NCBI GenBank assembly: GCA_028534125.1
Contig: CM052817.1
Span: 83,516,001-83,580,000 of the forward strand
Source of the DNA: Lama glama
Lineage: Eukaryota
Length of the DNA stretch: 64,000 nucleotides
Direction: 5' to 3'
The position numbers and the translations under genes are program-made. The notes below the pieces were generated by a model. It worked only from the letters and a program-made list of their open reading frames with translations, was not told the DNA's origin and did not search any database. The number at the start of each line of letters is the position of its first letter. Position 1 is the stretch's first letter. Positions 1-11,559 of this stretch are shown in pieces.

Positions 1-1609
1 CCAGTGGCTCATGGGAGGGCTTCTTGATGGAATCTGTGACCATTAGTAGGCTCTGCATCCCTTTAATACCCTCCAAGAGTCCTGTCTGTTTCTCCCAGCC
101 TCTTTTTGCCTCCCAGTTGTGCATCTCACAATTCAGTACCTTGATGGAACTAGAGAGAAACAAGCCTCTTTGGCTGGTACTGGATCCCTCAGCTCCCACA
201 AAGGCACTTTTGTTTATGGGTGGATGCCAAATTATTGTTCGGGCAGGAGGACAAGAATGAAGGACATCTTATTCTGCCACAATGCTGACATCACTCTCAT
301 AATTTATATTTAAAACATTTTAATTCCTTTATATATTCCCCTATACATTTAAGTTGTTTACTATTTTTTGCTATTATAAACAACTCTTCAATGAACAATT
401 TTACATTTACAAATTTGCTTAATTTTTCCATTACTTTCTGAGTATAGATGTCTAGATGTGGTATTGCTAAGTCGATTTGCTAATTTTCAAAATTCCTAAC
501 TCTTTGGAATCTAATTACTCATTTGACTTTCTGAAAAGTGACTGAGTGTATTCTTTTGACATACCCCCACCCTGTTGGTCAATAAATTCAAGTATTACCC
601 AAGCTGCATAGTGACAAAAGTATTTAGCCAGGTGTGGACAGAGAAAGAACAAGCCAACTATCCCAAATCCTTTGGGATGTGTGCATAATGGTCTTCTCCC
701 ACAAGGAAAACAAAACAGAGACACAACAAAAACTCAAAGAAAACTGTGGAAGGCTATAACTTGCTATTCTTTGGTTTCAGCATTTCTGATGATTATTATG
801 TCATTTGCAAATGATGGTCCAGGTTATTCTGTTCAGATAACACATATTTCTCTTCTCCATTATTGTTAGTCTTTTATGTCTTCCTTCTGAATGTTCTTTA
901 AAATGTTATCTCTGGAGAAAAGAAAAGAATTAAAAACAAGGAAGAATTTCTGGCAGAACAGTATGGTCTGCACCATTAAATGTGCTCTGTCTTCTGTCTT
1001 TCCTCCAGTTTCTCCCCTAGTTAATAACTCTTTGAAAAAAATGTTAGAATTATTTTCCTTAATCTCTGTGTAGTTTAATTTGGAAAATTCCTAGACCAAC
1101 ATCCAAAATAATTTAGGGCAAGTGAAAAGGGTGAAGCTGACCTTGACCAAAATTCAAGGAATCACTTATGGTTGGTTCGGTTAGAGGACCCGGTGATCTG
1201 AAGTCAGGGCTGTGGCAGCAGGAGCAACTAAGAGGAAAAGGTTTCAACACCCCTTCACCTGCCAGAGTGGTCCAGGACTTGCTGGTCAGAGTAGGAGGGT
1301 GGTGTTCAAAGAGTAGGGTGGCATCCTGAAAATGACACCACACTGGGAATATAACAGTTTGGTTTGTAGTTTAATACCCAACTATTCCAACTATCAGCTT
1401 GGAACACATTAGCACTTAGCAATAGAGTATAGCAGTCAAAAGCCCAGACTTTGGAGTCAAGCAATGGAAAAAAGGTTTTGTTCCAAAACTCAAGAAGTCT
1501 GGATGCTGGAATTTTTTAGTGTCTAAAAGTAAAATGTTACTCTTCAAAGAGCTTCTGTTTAAAGCAACCTTGCTGCCAGTCAAGAGGAAGATTGCCTCTG
1601 CCTTTGAAT

Positions 1610-1770
1610 CATGGCTCTAAGCTTGTCTAATTACTTACTTCTCTCAGCCTGGATGTCCTCATCTTAAAAATGGGGATAATAATGCCTACCCCACAGGATT
1701 GTTGTGAGAATTAAATGTATACAGCACTCATCACAGTGCTTGACACAGACTGCTAAAGCTTTGTCTATAT
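1610..1770 (+). mobile_element. MIR fragment (similar MIR relics at about 8760-8940, 10500-10640, 14740-14930, 40230-40350 and 50030-50200)
   Basis: MIR core CCTCATCTTAAAAATGGGGATAATAATGCCTACCCCACAGGATTGTTGTGAGAATTAAATG. Confidence 0.75.
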
Positions 1771-2059
1771 TATTATGAACACATATTCTTTCTAAATCAT
1801 GATTGACTCATCTATGGAATATGATATTTCTTGATGATTCCTACAGTTTCTTCTAACTCAATTCTAATTCAAATATCTTACATTTAAAATACTATGCAAG
1901 CTAAAATCTGCACCTATATTTATGATTTAATCACAGTGCTTTAGATTTTAAAATATATGTTGTTCATCAGCAGAGTTAAATGCATGTCACCGTAACTAAC
2001 AACCAAGACCTCAAATTCCATTTAACTCAGTGACAAGCAGTGCATGCACACTCAGACAC

Positions 2060-2500
2060 AATATTTAGTCCCCTGTCTCTACCTCTGTGAACTCCTTTCC
2101 TACAATGCTGTCTCTCCCAGTCCTGCCCAGCCTCAGTTGTCTCCTTGATATTCCAGTGAACATACACTGCACAATGCCAAGTTAGGGTCTTTACACTTGC
2201 TGTTCCCTCTTCCTGGGATGTCCTTCCCCTAAATATTTGCGTGGTTTGCTCCCTCACTTCATGTAAGTCTCCTATGAGAAAGGCTTGCCCTAACCACAAC
2301 CCCTCTCACTATTAGTCTCCATCCCCACACCCTCGATATTTGTCACCTCATATATTACATATCATTTGTTCTTGTGCATGCCTCTCACTATGAAGTATGC
2401 TCTGTGAAGGGAAAGGTTCTGTTCCTGTCCTTAACTGGATTCCCAGAGTCTGGAAGTATGCCTAACACACAGTAGGAGTTCAGTAAACATTTGACAGAAG
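2060..2500 (+). mobile_element. L2 3' fragment
   Basis: CACTTGCTGTTCCCTCTTCCTGGGATG...GCCTAACACACAGTAGGAGTTCAGTAAACATTTG. Confidence 0.65.
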
Positions 2501-5061
2501 GAAAGAAAGGGGGAGGGAGGGAGGGAGGAAGGGCCCATGAAGAGTGGGCAAAGGAATAAAAGGGTAATTTGTTATTCCCTTCTAAAAAATGTGTACAATC
2601 TATTAGGAGCCTTAATTACTTGAACTGACAGGAACGTTTTTCCCCCCTTTTCCCCCCAACTTTATTGAGAAGGAATATTTTTAGTTTAGGTATATGTTGA
2701 CTGGTTGTAGAAAGAGTAGGAGGAGAGAGGGTTTTAGGCTGGGCCAAAATTTACTCAGTTGACTGGTGAAGATTCCTGACTCTAGAGGTCCTGTGCCCAG
2801 CTATGGAGTTAAGCGGAGAAAAACGTGTGCTGTGACCTTTTGGGGATGTGGAAGCCCATCTCCACACTGCCCGCCTGGAGTCCTGCTGCCTTCTTCCCCT
2901 TAAAGGGGCTGCTTGCTCCTCTTTGAACAGAAATCTGGGGGGGAAAAGCAAATTGTAATGTATCTTCTTAGTCTTACTCACCTTGAGATAAATGAAAGTA
3001 GGGACTAACCAATATCACAGAAATACAATCACTTTTGCCTTTATTCACAATAAAATTTTCTGGGTTTTTTTCTTCAGTCTTAAGTAGACAACCAGGAATT
3101 GAGTTTATTTTGCTCTAACAGTCAAAGCAAATATAAATTTACCTTAAAGTCCAAGGAAAATTTGTAAAGAGAACTCTTTTCAAATATGCTCCCAAATGAA
3201 GAACTGACTTTATTCTGTCCCTGCTGGCATGAGGAGGCATCAGAATCTGGCAGAAAGACCCTTTTTCAAAGAATTCCTAGCACTATGTCTGGCCCCAGGG
3301 CTCTTGCCTCTTTCTATATCATTTCTGCTGATTATTCCATGAACAAGAGTTCTTCATGTTGAAGACAAAACAACAAAAAAAGCAGTCATAGGAGGAAGGC
3401 TTATGTTTACACACATTCTCATATTTCTCATTGTCATTTTGTCAATGACAAATACAATGGCTCATTTCATCAACCCTTCACTGAATATCAGTATGTCCTA
3501 AGTTTGGGGCTAGATACCAGAAGCAATAAATACATCTGAATCAGTCCCTGCTCTTGGGAAGTTTTCAGCCTAGGAGGGGAAATAGAAGAGTGTGGTAATC
3601 CAGGGAAGTAAAGAGTAGTGGAGAGTGGTCAGTAGGATTGTAAAGAGATGGCATGTCATGCATGCAAGGGCATGTGGGGATCCTTCATTCAGTCAACATT
3701 TATTGAACACTTACCTACAAGATATTGTTATATACCACATGTTATCAGTTTTTGTTTCAAAAATCTTGAGTTCCACTCATACTGTTTTCTGCATCTCACG
3801 TACAAACAAGCTCATTTGCCTTTTTTTACACAATACCTTACAGATTCCTTTCACATGCCAGATACATACCTAAAAAGTTTCATGCACATTTTTTAAAGTT
3901 ATATGAATTTTAAGGACTATTTTTAATGACTGTTTGTATGATTATAACAGTAATACACTATAAAATGTCTAGAAAGTACAGAAAAAATATATAACAATAA
4001 TTTCACCACCCATGTATAATCTCTGTTAATAATTTGTTGTATTACACGCACACATACACACATGTGCACACACATACACACTTATACAAACCTACACTTT
4101 AAACATAGTTGGGATTATACAGAGTATATAGTTTTGTACTGTGCATTTCTCATTTAAAGATGAAATATAAAGTATCCTAAAGGGGCAGACAACCTTTCCA
4201 TGTGATCATGTCTGCAATTACATATTTAATCTGCTTCAAGGAATTCTTTGTCACTTCTTTTTTTTTTCGTTGAGTTATAGTCAGTTTACAGTGTTGTGTC
4301 AATCCTTTGTCACTTCTAACAAAGTAAAATATGCGTTTAGTAAGTGATCTGTTATAACTCTGAATTTTTCTGCAGAAGGTTTTATTAAAGCAGAATACAT
4401 TTGTACAATTAAGTTAGCCTGAAAACTTCTTTTTTTAATTTGCAATGAAGAATCCATACAAATCTGAGACCTGTATTTTTTTTCTGCCTTTCTTTTTTTT
4501 TTTTCCTGCCTTTCTTAAAAGGGCACCAAGTAAAGTATATATTCCTGCTCTAATTTATGATAGTGACTGTAGCACAAAAATTTAGATATCTTTAATTAAA
4601 ACTTTACAAATTTATTGGCAAAAAATTTAGAAGATCATCTGGCTTAATAGAAATAAAATATCCTTGCTCCAGCATATTTTGAAAATTCAGAACAATCATT
4701 TTTGGAACATTACTCTTTCCTATTATAAAAAGTAATGCACATTTCTCAGAGATAATTTGAAAAATATAAATGTAGAAAAAGAACAATTAGCAATAGTGTT
4801 ACCACCCCAAGATATACTTTCTGACATTTTGCTAAATATCCATTTTCTCAAAAGTTATAATCACATATTTTGTCTCCTGATTTTTTTTAATTGTGAAAGT
4901 TTAGAAAATCCTCCCTATAATTTAAAAATATCACTTTGATAACATGCTATCCCTCATATAAATATTATAATTTAATTAGTGTCTTACATTTCCAGGCTTT
5001 TTAGTGAAAGTAAACAAATTTGTGCAAAAAGCTTTTCTATATTTAGGTTTACTTCTCTGGG

Positions 5062-5490
5062 TTAATCTTTTTTAATATGTCAACCTGACTAGCCTACAAT
5101 CCCCAGTTATCCAATCAAATACTAATCTAGGCGGTGTTGTGAAGGCATTTTATAGATGTGATTAAAATTGTAATCAGTTGATTTTAAGTAAAGGAAATTA
5201 TCCTAGATAATCTGGGTTGACCTCTCTCAATAAGTTGAAAGGCCTTAAATGCACAGCTGAGGCTTCCCTGGAGAAGAAATTTCTTCTGTGAACTACAGCT
5301 TCAGCTCGTGCATCCCCAAAAGTCCTATCCTGCCCTTCCTGACAACCTGCCATTGCTGATAGCCTGCCCTGCAGAGTTCATACTTGCCCAGTCAACCCCC
5401 ACCACCCAGAAGCCAGTTCCTTGAAATAAATCTCTTAATATATATCTTTTACTAATTCTGCTTCTCTGGATGAAACCTGCCAGAAATAGT
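5062..5490 (+). mobile_element. ERVL LTR (MLT2-like)
   Basis: TGTCAACCTGACTAG...AATCAGTTGATTTTAAGTAAAG...AGCCAGTTCCTTGAAATAAATCTCT, typical of MLT2. Confidence 0.8.
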
Positions 5491-8400
5491 TACATTCACA
5501 GAAGTATACATACTAAGTCAAAAGTTTTAAAAGTCCACAGTACATTACTGTGGCTTTTTTCTTATAACTTTCTCCATGATTTTTAACATATTTAGATGAT
5601 GTCCTGCTTGCCAACTAACCTTACACAGCTTAAAACTGAGCAAGTAGCTGGAATCATGTTTGACTGAAGACGTGTTTTATAGCTAAACTAAGAAAAACTA
5701 CACTCAGAATCAGCCAGATTGGTGGCGTTTGTTCAACTTGTGTTCTAAACAAAGTGTGATCAAGACTTGGTCCAGATCCTTCCCCAAAAGAGTTGGTATT
5801 TGTTCAGAGTGTCTCAGCTAACACCTCATTATCCAGGCAACATAAGGATTTCTATGATACCACTCTCTCCATTGGACTGATTTTTTAAATGGATTGTTTC
5901 TATTTATAGTGTAATATCAAACCTGTACCTAGCAAAAAGATTTCACACACACCTAAGTGCTCATATACACATACACCACCCCAGACACATTTCACCTTTT
6001 AAATATTCCTTATTCATCTTGTCTAATATAGTTCCTATGGTTTTTCAATTATTCTTTACTATCTCTCTTTAGACATCATCTAATTTTATATATTAAGAAT
6101 TGTTTAAATGACTTTAGATTAATAAGAAAATGCTATAACAATTAAAAATAATGGCACACTGATGAAGAGTATGTAAACTGATAACTTATAAAGTCATGTG
6201 TATTATTCTTAATCTGGAAAGTTGAACAGGATAATATAACAGAAAAACTTAATCAGTTTATTGTTTTTTCATAGAGTACATAATTGGCTTCATATTTAGA
6301 TCAGGTATGCTATTGCATATTGCCTATAGTACCTAAGGACAATTATAGATTTGAGGTTAAGGCTCTTAAAAGTCTAACTATTAAAGATTGACCTCAGATA
6401 AATAACGGAACTATTCATAGGGCGCCTTCTGTCTTCTGTGAATGGTTCTGCGCATTTGAAATCATTACAAAATGAGTAAGATTCTCCATCTACATAAAAT
6501 AATGAGCAAGATGAGAAATAACCTGCCAGGAGATGGTTTATAAATGTGATTCTTTCAGAATTGGAGCTTAGATAGCCTAAGGCTGGACAGAATTGAAGAA
6601 ACTTAAGTGTCTTACCAAGTTAGAGATGCCTGGGGTGCACACAGATAACATTGTGTAACTGGCAGTTAGAAATTTAGACCTGGGCTGCAAAAGTAAGGTC
6701 AAAAGAAATGTGATTATTTATAACATGTCCACATAAAGTAAAGTGGACATGTTTTAGTGTTCGAGTCCCCAAAGTCATGATCTGCAAACATCGGCAAATG
6801 TGCTGAATGAATGAATTCATCTTTTTTCCCTCTGATAAGCAGTTCGAGTTGCAAATAATAGTTGGTATAGAAATCCCTTACCACTGAGGATGCTTTCCAC
6901 TAAGTTCTCCCCATTCTGACACACTTTGTCATCTACATGGATTCTGGAAAAAAAAGAATCAGAGGAGGAAACTTTGGAAAGAGGATGTCCTGTAAAATTA
7001 GTTTCATTTGGTGAAGAATGTCACTAGTTCCAGAGCTTGACAAAATTCCTTAGGATCATCTGATTGCTCATATTCATGCTATAATCATCTAGGTCTGATC
7101 TCAACTTGACCTAGAACATTTTTCTGTTGAGAATAAGGTAACCAGTCAATACCAGAATTTCTGCTCTCTCAGAAGTTAACATTCTTCAGTATAAATAGCT
7201 TTCTACTTATAACTTTGATTGAAATCTAGAGGTTTCACAAGCTCCCCACAGGTGAAGTAAGGAACTCAATATACACTTGAGGGCTAGGCCCTGGACCTGT
7301 GGAAAGATGGGAACTTCATCTTATTCACGCACATATCCCCATGATAGGTGCTCAATAACTAATGAAGGAATGAAGGAATGAAGGAAAGGCGGGAAGGAGG
7401 GGAGACTTGTGATGACCTTTGAATTCTGGCAGCATTTCAATGTCTTTCAATAGCTTAAAGTTCTCTGTCTCCTTCTCAGCAGCAGCAAAATGCCACATTT
7501 ACCAGTTGATAAATATATCACCATTAAATATTATACAAAATAGCTGTATATTAAGTCGGACAGTGGGAGAAAGAGAGGGAGAAACTGTTTCAGGACCAAG
7601 AAATAAAAGTTACTACTCCAGTATTCGAGTCAGAATTCTTTATGCAAGCACACTTAAAAAGTGAGAATCAATAGCAAAACCAGTTATATTGCACTTGAAT
7701 CATCATATAATTTATAAAAATATCCGCTTTCTTATGTTGAACAGATAGTCAAAATTAAGTTTCAAGCAATAAGAAACTAATCTTGTGTGAGATAAACATA
7801 TAACTCATCTTCAGAATGGTTGTACATTTGAAATGGAGCAATAAGGAAATGACTGAAAGCCACACACAACTAAACACCGTTCTCTAATAAAGCAACTTTG
7901 TACATGGAAATAAGTGGACAATCTGTATGGGGACCTGGGATTTATGTAATTTCCCAAGTTTTAAAAATAAGTAATATATTTTAATGGCCAATATTTTTAA
8001 AATCCCAGATGCTATTTTGATGATAAAAATGGATTCCAGATCACACCACTAACATATAGTATGTGTGTTACAAGGATTAATTTAATTGAAGTATTATCCC
8101 CCTGATGGTTCTGATTTACATACAGACTTTTAGCTAAAAGTTGCACAGAACATTAAATACTCATTGACCTTAAAGAATAATTCACTAAGTGTATGGATTT
8201 TGCATAATAAATTATCATAAGTGAATCAACAGGAAAACAAATCAAGTAGCATATGGTTAAATACTCTGGCTTCTGTTTATTCCATTTTCCAAATAAATGA
8301 AATCTCATTTCTTTGTCAGTATCTATTTTTAATTTGTTAACTATTTCTTTCAAAACTTATTATTTACTTATTTTATTCACTTTTGATTGTCCAAATATAG

Positions 8401-9056
8401 AATTTATTTTATATACATTATTCTATATAGGACATTTTTCTATACACAGTCTCTAAATTCACTTGTTAAAAATTAAAATAATTGGAGAAGAAAAAGAATA
8501 AAAGTATTTCAAAAACCTAAAAAAATTAAAAGCTGTATTAAGGGCACTCAAATTTCAATGACAACTAAAGTCTGAACTAATAGGACATGTTATTTATGAA
8601 TAATGCAGTTTTTTGAATGATAGTTTTTTTAATTGAAAAATTCTCAAAAATCCCTTAGAACTTTTCTAAATCTGATTCTTTATTCCTCAGGTGTCAAGAT
8701 GTCTGCTACAGATTTTAGCTCCAAAGCTTTCCTAGTTTTAGGCTATACTAAGAGTTTCATCTTTCATCCTGGCTCTGCTACTTACTCACTGTCTGACTTT
8801 AGGCTATTCAGTGCCTCAGTTTTCTCATTTATGAAATGGAAATAGCAACTCCTACCTCATAGGGTGGTTGTGAGGATGTGAAGAAGCGTATTCATAAAAT
8901 GCCTAGCACAGGGCTTGGCCCACTGTAAGCAGCCAGTACATGGTGGCAGCTGCGGTGAGGGTGGAGTTGATGGTGGTGTTGGCTGTTGATTGCCCATGCA
9001 AGAAAGCATAGAAGGTCTTTCCTGGGCTTCACTAATTGAATGTGGGAGTAGGCTTT

Positions 9057-9235
9057 CAGTGGTGGTTTTCTGGCGCCGGCTTGGTCTGGCTTGGAGTGTC
9101 CATTGTTAAATATTCATTAATTTTTTGAGGTTGGCAGTTGTGGAAGCATCTACACCATGGAAACTGGCAAATTCTACACCAGGGTTTCCTGCCTCTCTCT
9201 GTACTTCCCCAGCAAGTTTGCCTGCACATCACCAG
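9057..9235. mobile_element. Probable hAT-type DNA transposon relic
   Basis: CAGTGGT... start and GCATCTACACCATGGAAACTGGCAAATTCTACA motif, recalled from old hAT elements. Confidence 0.4.
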
Positions 9236-9589
9236 CTCTCAGCCTTGTTTTATGGAGTTTATTTATTAAAAAACTTCCCTAACCTCAGATTGTTCTAATG
9301 GCTACAGATTTCAATAGATCCTTTATTGTACATGATTTAAGCTTAATTTGTGGGTTGCCACAAGGGAAAACTAAAGGTAAACCCTGCTTTTCAATATTCT
9401 GCTCTGCTGCTTCAGGCTGCTCTTCGTTTCTCAAAGTCTTTACTCTCTATTTCATGATTTTCTGTACCAGGAATCTATAGGTTGGCACTCAAGGAAGCAG
9501 AAGGGAAAAGAAAAAATAAACAAAAAAACCCTCTGCAACAATTTTTTTCAGCCTGTATCTCTATACACATATACTATGGCAAAGACAAT

Positions 9590-9990
9590 ACTTTGTGTAC
9601 ATCAAACTATTTGCATTTTCCTCCTGGACACACAGGAAGGTTACAAGTCCCAGCCCTCTGGTATCAGGGTGGGCCCACATGACTAGTTCTTGCCTAAGGA
9701 ATGTGAGTAGAAGTGACGTATGCCACTTCTAAATCTGGTCCTTAAAGTTCTCACACATCTTTCTCTCTCCCTCAATCTCTCCCTCTCTGTCTCTCTCTGT
9801 TTCCCCAGGTACTATCCTGGGCATAAGGACTCCAAAATGGCAGATTCATACAAAAATAGCTTAGATAATTGATGCACCTCTGAGAAAGAGAGTTGTCCAA
9901 AAAGGCTGCCTGAGTTGTCCCCAACACGAGTGAAAATAAACCTACACTGTGCTTTGTCACTGAGAGCTCAAAGACATCTTATTACAACAA
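9590..9990 (+). mobile_element. Old MaLR LTR (MLT1-like)
   Basis: CACATGACTAGTTCTTGCCTAAGGAATGTGAGTAGAAGTGACGTATGCCACTTC and GAGTGAAAATAAACCT...CACTGAG motifs. Confidence 0.65.
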
Positions 9991-10679
9991 AAACAAACTC
10001 ATAAATATTATCGTCCCTCCCTGTTTTTATACAAAGTCTTCAAAAAGAGGGGGAGGGCAGGAGGCGTATATTCAGGGAGGCTCACACTAGTGATTTTTCT
10101 GTTCTCTATACTTGGCTTTTGTTTTAAGAACGTTCAGAAGAATAAGTTTAATGCATAGTTTATTGTAGACAAATCTAGGAGAATAAAAGTAGGAATTATT
10201 TCAAAGTCTTGAAATACACTGTTTTTGAAGGAAATGTGGAGCTAAATACCTTTTATAAGATCCTTTCAGTTTTAGTAAGTCAAGCAGTGTTTTTGTTAAT
10301 TAAACATTGTATATATTAGACTAAAACAACATTTAGATAAATAAAATATGTACTATTGGAATATCTTATGAGCTATGTTTACATGTTAGGTGATATTAAC
10401 ATAGACCCTGGTATAATGGATAGGTCAAGTGCCTTTAAACTCATTTTGTATAGTTTATTAAAAATGCATTATGAATTTCTGAAGAAGTTATTTAACTGAG
10501 AATCAGAAAAATCGCATCTTAATCTCTGCTTTGCCATTCACCTGCTATTAAAAACTTCAAAAGTCATTTACCCTCTCTGAATCTCAGTTCTTCATCTAAT
10601 AAACTGAGAAAGTTTGAAATAGATGATTCTGTGTGACCCTTCTTAACCTCAAAAAGCTATATAACCAATAGTATATTTA

Positions 10680-10777
10680 TGTCACCAAACTCAGGTTTGG
10701 CTGCTCATTGCTCAAAAGCCAGTAAGTGAGGGGTGAGTGTTGGTAGAAAGTTTCTTTACTCAGAAAAGCCAATAATC
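10680..10777. mobile_element. Short ERV-LTR-like stub abutting the L1 fragment
   Basis: TGTCACCAAACTCAGGTTTGGCTGCTC...CTCAAAAGCC resembles a laurasiatherian LTR terminus (recalled, not searched). Confidence 0.4.
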
Positions 10778-11559
10778 TGTTGTTAGTGTAAAGAAACGCA
10801 ACTGATTTTTCTGTTAATCTTGTATTTTGCTACCTTGTCGAATCCTTTTATCAGCTCTAGTAGTTTTTGTGTGGAGCTTTTAGGATATTCTGTATACAGT
10901 ATCATGTCATCCATGTATAGTGACAGTTTTACCTCTTATCTTCCAATTTGGATCCATTTTACTTCTTTTTCTTGCCTGATTGCTGTGGCTAAGACTTCCA
11001 AGACTATGTTGAATAGAAGTGGTAAGAGTGGGCATCCTTGTCTTGTTCCAGATTTTAGAGGGAAGGCTTTTAGAGGGAAGTTTTCCACCATTGAGTACTA
11101 TGCTGGCTGTGGGTTTATCATAAATAGTGTTTATTATGTTGAGATATCTTCCCTCTATACCCACTTTGGTAAGAGTTTTTATCATAAATGGGTGTTGAAT
11201 TTTATCAAATGCTTTTTCTGCATCTATTGAAATGATTCATGTGGTTTTTGGCTTTTCTTTTGTGGATGTGGTGTATCACATTGATTGATTTGTGTATGTT
11301 GAACCATCCTTGTGTCCCTGGGATGAATCCAACTTGATCATGGTGTATGATCTTTTTTATGTGCTGTTGGATTCTGTTTGCTAATATTTTGTTGAGGATC
11401 TTTGTATCTATGTTCATGAGTGATATTGGCCTGTAATTTTCTTTTGTGGTAGTGTCTTTGTCTGGTTTTGGTATCAGGGTGATGGCTTCATAGAATGAGT
11501 TTGGGAGTATTCCCTCCTTTTCAATCTTTTGGAAGAGTTTGAGAAGGACCCGTATGAGT
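10778..11559 (-). mobile_element. LINE-1 ORF2 reverse-transcriptase fragment (frameshifted)
   Basis: Minus-strand peptide [51 protein letters not shown] and the frameshifted continuation [31 protein letters not shown]. Confidence 0.95.

Noticed and set aside
10820..11230. 136-aa + strand ORF (and 17477..17815)
   Set aside because: Antisense frames of L1 ORF2, a common spurious ORF class.
11205..11417. Reverse transcriptase as part of a novel retron, DGR or defence system; CRISPR arrays
   Set aside because: It is an ordinary frameshifted mammalian L1 RT fragment. No regularly spaced repeat-spacer arrays or prokaryotic gene organisation occur in the window.
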